DNA of 64,000 bases from Rhodospirillales bacterium. GTDB taxonomy: Bacteria > Pseudomonadota > Alphaproteobacteria > Rhodospirillales > UBA2165. Of this stretch, positions 20,365 to 28,227 are shown piece after piece. Both the position numbers and the translations under genes were made by a program. The notes under the pieces are model-generated. The model was not told the origin of the DNA. It searched no databases and worked only from the letters and a program-made list of their open reading frames with translations. The stretch is taken from contig DUBF01000058.1 of assembly GCA_012960465.1 (NCBI GenBank), positions 33,627-97,626 of the forward strand, read 5' to 3'. The first letter of the stretch is position 1; every line of letters begins with the position of its first letter.

Positions 20365-21051
20365 TTATGATTTTAGATCGTCAAGCACCTGCCGTGCCAG
20401 TACTAAGTTAACGCTTTTTTTCTCCGCTAAAGCTAATTTATTAGCAAGCATAACAAATTTCCGCGCGGTATCAAAAGAACGCTCCATCCTTCTCGTGATG
20501 TAATCAATTACACCAATTTCAATCCTTACTTGCTGGTCTGAAAATAACTTCATTAATACCGCTTTGATTAAATCATCACCAGGCATAGCAATCCCTATAG
20601 CTGTTGAGGCTTTAAAACGCGATGATAAATCAGCCAGTCTAAATTTCCAATTAACAGGATGGCTCTCTGCTGTAATCAAAATATGACCACCACGTATGGT
20701 AAGGTCATTATATAAATGGAATAGGGATTCTTCATTCAAGTTGACAAAAGTATTTACATCACCACCATCAATAAAAAAATTTTGTTGGGAAGTGAGCAAG
20801 TTAGCCAAACTCGAATCTTTGATAATCGCTGGGGTCAGTTGAAGCGCCTCTGCGCTTGCCATGAATATGTTACTAAGATGGGTTTTACCGCAGCCAGGCG
20901 GACCATAAAGAATAAGCAACGGGGTTGGCCAATCCGGCCACTTATCAAGCCAGGCAACAGCTTCTTGATTACTAGGGGCAATTAGAAAATCATCACCACT
21001 TAACGACGGACGGTGTTCAAAATCAAAAGGAAGTTGTTTGTTATAGCTCAA
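20365..21051 (-). CDS. hdaA: DnaA regulatory inactivator HdaA
   Basis: 228 aa. N-terminal QLPFDF (clamp-binding-like), Walker A YGPPGCGKTHL, and a DnaA domain III-like fold. It has a 4-nt ATGA overlap with the upstream gene. Confidence 0.8.
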   Translation of the reverse strand: MSYNKQLPFDFEHRPSLSGDDFLIAPSNQEAVAWLDKWPDWPTPLLILYGPPGCGKTHLSNIFMASAEALQLTPAIIKDSSLANLLTSQQNFFIDGGDVNTFVNLNEESLFHLYNDLTIRGGHILITAESHPVNWKFRLADLSSRFKASTAIGIAMPGDDLIKAVLMKLFSDQQVRIEIGVIDYITRRMERSFDTARKFVMLANKLALAEKKSVNLVLARQVLDDLKS

Positions 21052-22130
21052 AGCGATCCATCGCGATCTGAGAAGCCTGAATAAAGGTCACTTTCCAGAT
21101 ACTGAGTTAAAGCGAAACGTACCAGAACACCAATGGTCGCTGCGACTGGTACCGCTAACAGCAAGCCCGTAAATCCAAACGCCGCGCCACCAACCATCAG
21201 AGCAAAAATTACCCACACCGGATGCAAACCAACTTTCTCACCAACCAATTTAGGTGTTAAGAACATTGACTCGATAACTTGACCTATACCAAAAACAACT
21301 AACACTAAAGCCACCTGAATAAATTCACCATATTGGAAAATTACGATTGCTAAAGTCGCAGCCATTCCTATTAACATACCAAAATAGGGAATAAATGATA
21401 TCAAGCCAGTAATGATTCCTAATATGAGACCAAAATCAAGGCCAATACTTGTTAAGCCAACCCCATAAAAAACCGCCAATAAAAGACAGACAGTTCCTTG
21501 TCCACGCACAAAACCGGCAATTGTTGAATCAATATCTCCAGTAATAATGCGAATACTAGGGGCAATATTACGTGGTAACCAGCCGTCAACCTTTGCAATA
21601 ATTTTATCCCAATCACGAAGTAAATAAAAACTCACGACCGGCGTCACCAAAACAAGAGATAACGCATGAAATATTGCGAGGCCACCGTGTAAAATACCTT
21701 TTAATATGTTGCTAAACCACTTAGCCATCTGCCCACTATAAGACCCTGAGGCATCTGATAATTCCCCGAGTTTTTCTGATGTTAAATGTGCGACGAGGGC
21801 CTCCTTAAACGGTGCGGCCCAATTCTCAAAACTTTGTAACAACAAAGGGATTTTATCAAGAAAACCTATAAATTGGCTCTGTATAAGAGGAAATAATAAT
21901 ACCAAAATCAAAAGAACGGCCACAAAAAATGAAACTATAATGCAGATTGTTGCAATTGTTCTAGACAACCCTAATGTTTCGATTTTATCCGCCAGAGGAT
22001 CTAAAAAATAGGCCACAGCCATGCCCGCCACAAATGGCATCAATATGCTGCTGACAAAGAAAATAAGAGATATAGTTATTATAAAAACCGCCACCCAAAT
22101 CCAATACAGATGTCCTTTTGTTTCAATCAT
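21048..22130 (-). CDS. AI-2E family transporter (PerM/YdiK-like)
   Basis: Multi-pass membrane protein with the family's conserved C-terminal region (FIPYFG, HPVWVIFA). I trimmed the start to the ATG at 22130 so it no longer overlaps the upstream CDS by 59 nt. Confidence 0.85.
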   Translation of the reverse strand: MIETKGHLYWIWVAVFIITISLIFFVSSILMPFVAGMAVAYFLDPLADKIETLGLSRTIATICIIVSFFVAVLLILVLLFPLIQSQFIGFLDKIPLLLQSFENWAAPFKEALVAHLTSEKLGELSDASGSYSGQMAKWFSNILKGILHGGLAIFHALSLVLVTPVVSFYLLRDWDKIIAKVDGWLPRNIAPSIRIITGDIDSTIAGFVRGQGTVCLLLAVFYGVGLTSIGLDFGLILGIITGLISFIPYFGMLIGMAATLAIVIFQYGEFIQVALVLVVFGIGQVIESMFLTPKLVGEKVGLHPVWVIFALMVGGAAFGFTGLLLAVPVAATIGVLVRFALTQYLESDLYSGFSDRDGSL

Positions 22131-22131
22131 T

Positions 22132-22698
22132 TTAGTCTCCCGGCTCCATGTTAGCCGCACGCATACCCCAAATTCCAACATAAGCAGCACCCGACATTAA
22201 TGCAGTTACAGCGACAACATAAACCATTGCCTCGATAATCATAGTATTCGCTAATGAATAACCATGGAGACCCAGGACAAGTGTCACCAAAACAAATTGT
22301 GCTGCGGTATTTACTTTACTAATCAACAAGGGCTCCATTGTAAGGTTTTGGTGGATAAGATGGTAGAGAAAAGCGCCGACAAGGATAAGGCCGTCTCTGA
22401 ACACCACCAAGAGTACAAGCCATGAATTAAGATAGCCAGCCTGTCCTAGGGTTATAAAAACACTTACTAACAGAGCTTTGTCAGCAATTGGATCAAGATA
22501 AGCTCCAAGTTCCGTCTGCAGATTAAAACGTTTAGCAATAAAACCATCCAAGGCGTCACTTATACTCGCAAAAACAAATACCCAGAAAGCCGCGAGGACT
22601 TGACTATTGATAATCAGCCAAACGGTTAAGGGTACGCAAAGTAACCGTAATAAGCTAATTAAATTTGGGATATTTATGCGTATTCCTTCTTTACTCAT
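22132..22698 (-). CDS. CDP-alcohol phosphatidyltransferase family protein (PgsA-like)
   Basis: Contains the signature DALDGFIAKRF...GAYLDPIADK, i.e. D-x2-DG-x2-AR...G-x3-D-x3-D. 188 aa, polytopic. Confidence 0.8.
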   Translation of the reverse strand: MSKEGIRINIPNLISLLRLLCVPLTVWLIINSQVLAAFWVFVFASISDALDGFIAKRFNLQTELGAYLDPIADKALLVSVFITLGQAGYLNSWLVLLVVFRDGLILVGAFLYHLIHQNLTMEPLLISKVNTAAQFVLVTLVLGLHGYSLANTMIIEAMVYVVAVTALMSGAAYVGIWGMRAANMEPGD

Positions 22699-22727
22699 TT
22701 TCCCTTCAGACTTTTTTCAGCATCAGA

Positions 22728-23903
22728 TCAATTTGGTTTCTGGGTCCTTAAAATCCAACTACCTTCTTCTTCCATTAAATTCATGTCCAATTGTGCCAAG
22801 GCTAATTTTAATTGGTCATGTTCACCAATAAAATGAATATTCAAACGAACTTCTTTACGAGAAAATATAACTAGTTCTGCGCTTTCAACAACTGCAACCT
22901 TTACCAAACGACGCCTGACATCCACCCATTCTGCGAGGCTATTAATTGGAAGAGTGACTGTTATAACGCCGATATTCTCAAACTTAAGCAAGTTATCAAC
23001 TTTCCACAATTCCTCGATTCTCGTAATAACTTCTTTTGCCGAACGACGTAGAAGAACGCCAACGCTTTCCATTTTCTTTGCTTTAATTAGCATCGAAAAG
23101 ACCTGCCTACTAGCATGTCGGTCATATTTCGAAACCCTCACTTTAAGTACGGTCAACCCTTGTGGAGTTGATCTAAGGTTGGCGAGTACCACCAAACTTG
23201 CAGCAACCTGGTACTTTTTTGCAATAGCTAAAAGGCTTTGCATATCACCTTTGACAGCGAGTTCAGCACTGATAGTTGCTATATCAGTGAGATCTCCGTT
23301 ACCAAATACCATCGGAACCAGCCCAACTACCCGCCTTTGTATCCTGGTTTTTATTGTTTTAGGGTTACCCACCCAAGCCTCCCGCCAAGGGTTAGGATTG
23401 TCCCAAAGGAAAGCTGCTCCGGCTAATTGATAAACTGGTAATACGAGAATCGGCTTACTGATCGTTTCTGCAAACTGGACTTCACTATCGCGCAGCAAAA
23501 GACGGACATCGTTCGGTTTAAAACGGTAAGTCAAATCAGCCAAATAGCGGATTCTTGAATTCTTTTCATTCGTTACACCAAAATCTTGGACATAGGCAGA
23601 AATTTGTTTTGCATCCAATACAGGTAAACGGTCATGATCGATTCGCAACGTTAAGCGTTTTAACAATACATAAAAGGCCTCTCTTTCTCCCTTCGCTAAC
23701 GCTTTTCTCCGGGCAGCTGACGCAGTTTTAGCTGTTACATCCACATAGATTTTTGCTACCGTAAACACCTGGTGAGAGCCATAAATCGTCTGACCAATAA
23801 CATTAAAAGAAGAACTCAAGGCCAAAAAAATACATAAAATCAAACAAGTAGCTTTAATAAGCTTCGGGCAATGCATAAATTTTATAGCATTGATCCGATT
23901 CAT
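22728..23903 (-). CDS. DUF2066-like secreted protein of unknown function
   Basis: Has an N-terminal signal/TM segment. Its position, divergent from purM and upstream of pgsA-like/perM/hda, matches where DUF2066 genes sit in other Proteobacteria, as far as I recall. I chose the start at 23903 (MNRINAIKF) because GGGAG sits 6 nt upstream. The family call rests on context plus general resemblance. Confidence 0.55.
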   Translation of the reverse strand: MNRINAIKFMHCPKLIKATCLILCIFLALSSSFNVIGQTIYGSHQVFTVAKIYVDVTAKTASAARRKALAKGEREAFYVLLKRLTLRIDHDRLPVLDAKQISAYVQDFGVTNEKNSRIRYLADLTYRFKPNDVRLLLRDSEVQFAETISKPILVLPVYQLAGAAFLWDNPNPWREAWVGNPKTIKTRIQRRVVGLVPMVFGNGDLTDIATISAELAVKGDMQSLLAIAKKYQVAASLVVLANLRSTPQGLTVLKVRVSKYDRHASRQVFSMLIKAKKMESVGVLLRRSAKEVITRIEELWKVDNLLKFENIGVITVTLPINSLAEWVDVRRRLVKVAVVESAELVIFSRKEVRLNIHFIGEHDQLKLALAQLDMNLMEEEGSWILRTQKPN

Positions 23904-24092
23904 TTCCATCTCCCTTCTGCAATACAAACCATAAAATATAGAACCAAGCCGCTCGTCCACTACAAACCGCTCATGATTAAGTATGTTCTTTCCATTCTTA
24001 TTTAGTTAATTTAGCACTTTAACCCGTCGGTAAAAGGGTTTTAGCATGAAGAGGTTATTAAAATTTCATTTAAAAATAAGAAAAATGGTCTT

Positions 24093-25145
24093 TTGTACAA
24101 AGATTCTGGCGTTGATATAGACGCAGGCGATGCACTGATCAAGGCAATTAGACCTCTAGCCAAGTCAACAAATCGGTCAGGCGTCGTTGGTGACCTTGGC
24201 GGGTTTGGTGGCCTTTTTGATCTTAAAGCTGCGGGTTATAGAGACCCTATACTAATTGCGGCGACAGATGGTGTTGGCACCAAACTCAAAATTGCTCAAG
24301 AAATTGGTATTCACCATACCGTCGGTATTGATCTAGTCGCCATGTGTGTAAATGATTTAGTTGTTCAAGGTGGAGAGCCACTTTTTTTCTTAGATTATTT
24401 TGCGACCGGAAAACTTGATAGTGATGTAGCGACTGAGGTCATTCGAGGTATAGCGGAAGGTTGCTTGCAATCCGGTTGCGCCTTAATTGGTGGTGAGACT
24501 GCGGAGATGCCGGGCATGTATTTACTTGATGAATTTGATCTGGCCGGATTCAGCGTCGGAGCAGTTGAACGTAACAAACTTCTTCCAAAAAATAATATTG
24601 CGATAAATGATGTTATTCTTGGTCTAAACTCAAACGGGCCACATTCCAATGGCTTTTCCTTAATTCGTGAAGTTATCAGAATAGAGTGTCTAGAGCTTGA
24701 GAAACCTGCACCTTTTGATCAAACGCGAGCGATTGGTGAAGCATTACTCGACCCAACCCGTATTTATGTTAAAAGTTGTCTGGCGGCAATCAAATCAGGT
24801 GGGGTCAAAGCTCTAGCCCATATCACGGGTGGTGGTTTGATTGAAAATATCCCTCGCATTCTACCTCAAGGCCTTGGAGCCGACCTATACGCAGAAACAT
24901 GGGATCTCCCTGCTATCTTCTCGTGGCTTGCAAAAACAGGTAATATCACTCCAAAAGAAATGGCCCGCACATTTAATTGTGGTATCGGCATGGTGGTTAT
25001 TGCTGCACCTGATCAGGCGTTAAATTTACAAAATATCCTTCATAAAAATGGCGAAATCGTAACACCCATAGGACAAGTAGTCGAACGTTCCAAGGACGAC
25101 GGCGTCGTTATTCACAATATTGAAGATGCTTGGAAAGCTACATAA
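24093..25145 (+). CDS. purM: phosphoribosylformylglycinamidine cyclo-ligase (AIR synthetase)
   Basis: Contains YKDSGVDIDAG, ATDGVGTKLKIA and GGETAEMPG. The 5' boundary is uncertain (see finding). 24093 is the first canonical start codon (TTG). Confidence 0.95.
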   Translation: MYKDSGVDIDAGDALIKAIRPLAKSTNRSGVVGDLGGFGGLFDLKAAGYRDPILIAATDGVGTKLKIAQEIGIHHTVGIDLVAMCVNDLVVQGGEPLFFLDYFATGKLDSDVATEVIRGIAEGCLQSGCALIGGETAEMPGMYLLDEFDLAGFSVGAVERNKLLPKNNIAINDVILGLNSNGPHSNGFSLIREVIRIECLELEKPAPFDQTRAIGEALLDPTRIYVKSCLAAIKSGGVKALAHITGGGLIENIPRILPQGLGADLYAETWDLPAIFSWLAKTGNITPKEMARTFNCGIGMVVIAAPDQALNLQNILHKNGEIVTPIGQVVERSKDDGVVIHNIEDAWKAT

Positions 25146-25147
25146 CT

Positions 25148-25798
25148 ATGAGTAAAAAACTAAAACTCGGTGTGTTAATTTCCGGTAGAGGTAGCAACCT
25201 ACAATCACTTATAGATGCGACAAAGAAACATGACTTTCCTGCTGAAATTGTAATCGTTATTGCGAATGTTCCAAACATCGCAGGATTGGAGATAGCCACA
25301 AAAGCTAATATCCCAGTACAAATTATTAACCACAAAACCTTTAATGAACGTAAATCTTTTGAAGATGAGCTCCATGGAGCTCTAACTAAGGCTAAAGTTG
25401 AGCTTGTTTGTCTCGCTGGTTTCATGCGTATTCTAACAGATCACTTGATCAATCGTTGGTTGGACAAAATAATTAATATTCATCCGTCACTTTTACCATC
25501 ATTTAAAGGACTTAATACGCACAATCGCGCTATCGAATCTGGTGCCAAATTCTCAGGCTGCACAATCCATTTCGTACGATCCGAAATGGATTGTGGACCA
25601 ATTATTATTCAGGCTGTCATTGCTATCAAACAAAATGATACTTCAGATACATTGGCTAGCCGTATTCTAGTCGAAGAACACAAAATCTACCCCCTAGCGG
25701 TCCAATTAATAGCCTCTAAAAAAGTCTCGATTAAAAATGGACGGGTCAGACTGAGAGATGCAGTATCTCCGCGTACTACACTAATTAATCCGAGATAA
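25148..25798 (+). CDS. purN: phosphoribosylglycinamide formyltransferase
   Basis: Contains LGVLISGRGSNLQSLID, NIHPSLLP and the HxV..E.D.GPII motif. Start taken at the ATG at 25148 (MSKKLKLGVL). Confidence 0.95.
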   Translation: MSKKLKLGVLISGRGSNLQSLIDATKKHDFPAEIVIVIANVPNIAGLEIATKANIPVQIINHKTFNERKSFEDELHGALTKAKVELVCLAGFMRILTDHLINRWLDKIINIHPSLLPSFKGLNTHNRAIESGAKFSGCTIHFVRSEMDCGPIIIQAVIAIKQNDTSDTLASRILVEEHKIYPLAVQLIASKKVSIKNGRVRLRDAVSPRTTLINPR

Positions 25799-25925
25799 AT
25801 AAAGGTTTATCCACCAATCCTGTTAAGGATAATATATTTACAGAGTTGAAAAACACAAATTTGAAAGACTTGTGTAGTATTACGCTCCAAAAAATAAAAC
25901 CCACAAATAATAACAAAGGCATAAG

Positions 25926-27761
25926 ATGCATCTAAGAAATTGGCAACAAAAAATCATAGATAATTTTCCAACGATCATAAAGCAGAACCACCGATTTATC
26001 CTTAAAGCCCCGACCGGGGCAGGCAAAACCGTACTTGCCAGCGAACTCATTGAAAGGTTCTATAAAAAAAAGAAAATCATAGTACTTTGCCACCGGTTGG
26101 TGCTACTGGAACAACTTGAACAGGCTCTTAGCATTAAACACAATGTTCGAAAACTCGAAGTTTCAGATACAGGGCCAGCTTTCGAAGATTACGATATTTT
26201 ATTGTCCACAAATATGCGCGCAAAAAATGTATTGGCGGACGCAATCCCCAAAGCTGACCTTATCATCGTCGATGAGGCTCATCGCGTGTCGCCAAATGGG
26301 AGAGGGTACAAACGGATCATCGATGAATTTAACAATAATGGTAAAAAGACAGCACAATTTATTGGGTTGACGGCCTCACCTGAACGTCGCACAGGCGACC
26401 AAAGGGACCAACTTAATTTAGCATTCGACGCAATTATTGACTGTGCAAATATTGAAGATTTAATTATTGATGGCGTTCTAGTGCAGCCAGAATATCGGAC
26501 CCATTTTGTTCATGATCTGGACTTAGATACCATTGATATCAGTTCAGGTGATTTCCCTGTAGCATCATTAGCTCCAGCTATCATTAAGTCATCAATGATA
26601 GATTATGCCATTTGGAGTTATAACGAAGAACGACTGAAACTCTCCGTAAAACCGGTATCCGCTTGGTTCTGTGCGGACATTAGCGTGGCTGAAGCGACTT
26701 TGAATATAATCCAAGAATCAGGAATCGAAGCGGCACTTGTAACGGCGGGAACGCCTATCAAGGAGCGAATGAAACTTCTAAGTCGTCACGAAAAAGGTGA
26801 AATTGAAGCAATGGTTTCGGTTGGCGTACTAGCTGAAGGTTGGGATAATCCCTATTGCAACATAATTGTACATCTCCGGCCCACACTATCAAAAGTTCTA
26901 TGGGGTCAATCGGTTGGCCGTGGCCTACGTTCGGCTCCCGGCAAAGAAAAATGCATTGTAATTGATGTCAGCTCCAACTGGAGTACATTTGGTCCAGTGG
27001 AAAAACTGGAGTGGAGCTTATGGAGCCACCGTCGCTCTTATATGCAGTTCATGAACCGCTTTAACTGGATTGGCCAACAGCAAGATGGAGAAGACGATAA
27101 CGAGGTTTATTTACTATGTAAAAACGAAATGCCTAATGGCACCCGATGCTCTCTCATTTATAAAAAGAATACATTTGAGAACGATACCTGCCCAATCTGT
27201 GGAACATATGCAGCCATTGATATTTATAAGGAACAAAAGTTAGATAGCTCATTGAATGAAAATAAATTACATAATTTATTTTTTGAGCGAGTTCCTCAAG
27301 TATATAAAGAAATGAATATTTCAATATGGAATAGCCTAGGTCCAACCGCATGGAAATCAGCCGAACCAAAAGAACAAGTTTTTCTCTCTTTTTGTATGGC
27401 ATTCAAAGAGGTTTCCGGCGAACCAACACAATCAGAGTCAGATTACTGGGATGCAGCACTAGCAGCAGAGGCTTTAATTCGTTCATATTTAGTTGAAAAT
27501 AAAATACAAATTATTAAACAAGATGATTTTAATCTGTCAGATATTGCTGATGGTATGTTTGCTGGTACAAAAGTGAGGGCCCTAAAAGCTAATTACGGTA
27601 TTTCACTTTGTGGAGAAGTATTTGAGATTCATACCGGCCCAGAATGTGAACGAAAATATCAAAAGGCGATAAAAATTGCTGAACGTTTAGCTATGATTGG
27701 CTGCTCTTCGCAAGACAATTTACCGTATTTCAACGCAAGCGACCATTTGACTTCACTTTAA
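25926..27761 (+). CDS. superfamily 2 DEAH-box helicase (ResIII/SSL2-like core) with 4-Cys ribbon and uncharacterised C-terminal domain
   Basis: Motif I is KAPTGAGKT, motif II is IIVDEAHRV, motif III is GLTASPER, motif V is GVLAEGWDNP and motif VI is QSVGRGLR. A Cys cluster follows (LC..x9..C...CPIC), then ~180 aa that I cannot assign. Confidence 0.85.
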   Translation: MHLRNWQQKIIDNFPTIIKQNHRFILKAPTGAGKTVLASELIERFYKKKKIIVLCHRLVLLEQLEQALSIKHNVRKLEVSDTGPAFEDYDILLSTNMRAKNVLADAIPKADLIIVDEAHRVSPNGRGYKRIIDEFNNNGKKTAQFIGLTASPERRTGDQRDQLNLAFDAIIDCANIEDLIIDGVLVQPEYRTHFVHDLDLDTIDISSGDFPVASLAPAIIKSSMIDYAIWSYNEERLKLSVKPVSAWFCADISVAEATLNIIQESGIEAALVTAGTPIKERMKLLSRHEKGEIEAMVSVGVLAEGWDNPYCNIIVHLRPTLSKVLWGQSVGRGLRSAPGKEKCIVIDVSSNWSTFGPVEKLEWSLWSHRRSYMQFMNRFNWIGQQQDGEDDNEVYLLCKNEMPNGTRCSLIYKKNTFENDTCPICGTYAAIDIYKEQKLDSSLNENKLHNLFFERVPQVYKEMNISIWNSLGPTAWKSAEPKEQVFLSFCMAFKEVSGEPTQSESDYWDAALAAEALIRSYLVENKIQIIKQDDFNLSDIADGMFAGTKVRALKANYGISLCGEVFEIHTGPECERKYQKAIKIAERLAMIGCSSQDNLPYFNASDHLTSL

Positions 27762-27785
27762 AATATTTGCAAACCACAGCATGAT

Positions 27786-28142
27786 ATGGAGATTATTAAA
27801 CATCAGGATAGCGGCCACGGCCCCAGAGATTTATCAGACCCTGAAGACGCATCCGTTCTTATCGATGCTACGTTAAAAGGAACCTTCCCACCCGTCTCAT
27901 TACCTAAAAAGGAATTTATGGAACAAGCCGCCGAAATATGGGATGAATTGGGATTACCAAAACTTAAAAGAGGGTCTCCTCGGTATGGCTATGATCTAGG
28001 AGAATGGACAGCCGAGTTTGAACATATGGCGGATTTTGCGGTTAAGAGTGAATATTGGCAAACGGGGAAAGTAATTGCCCAACGCCGGCGGAATGACGTT
28101 GCAATGAATACGGAAGTTCGAACACTTAAGGACGAAGAGTAA
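27786..28142 (+). pseudogene. probable C-terminal remnant of a UbiD-family decarboxylase (118-aa ORF)
   Basis: DLSDPEDASVLIDATLKG...PKKEFMEQAAEIWDELGL follows the pattern of the C-terminal ~60 residues of UbiD. My recollection of E. coli UbiD is ...GSKMGLDATNKW...VVAHIDAIWDELAIF. The ~400 N-terminal residues of that family are absent. Confidence 0.45.
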
Positions 28143-28227
28143 AACGGTAAATTGCCAAATGCCTTATATTAGTTCGTATGGGTTTTTCTCCAATATTATA
28201 CCAAAAAAAATACTTTACCATAAATGT

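Noticed and set aside
25807-25832. TTATCCACC (8/9 match to the DnaA box TTATCCACA) inside an inverted repeat TTATCC-n14-GGATAA just after purN
   Set aside because: It is a single isolated box with no cluster and no AT-rich unwinding element arrangement. The weak 6-bp stem with a 14-nt loop is not a convincing terminator either.
25799-28227. Looked for target-site duplications, att-like repeats, integrase or transposase genes flanking the helicase islet
   Set aside because: The two flanks share only a vague A-rich similarity (CCAAAAAATAAAAC versus CCAAAAAAAATAC). No mobility gene is present, so no mobile element can be called.
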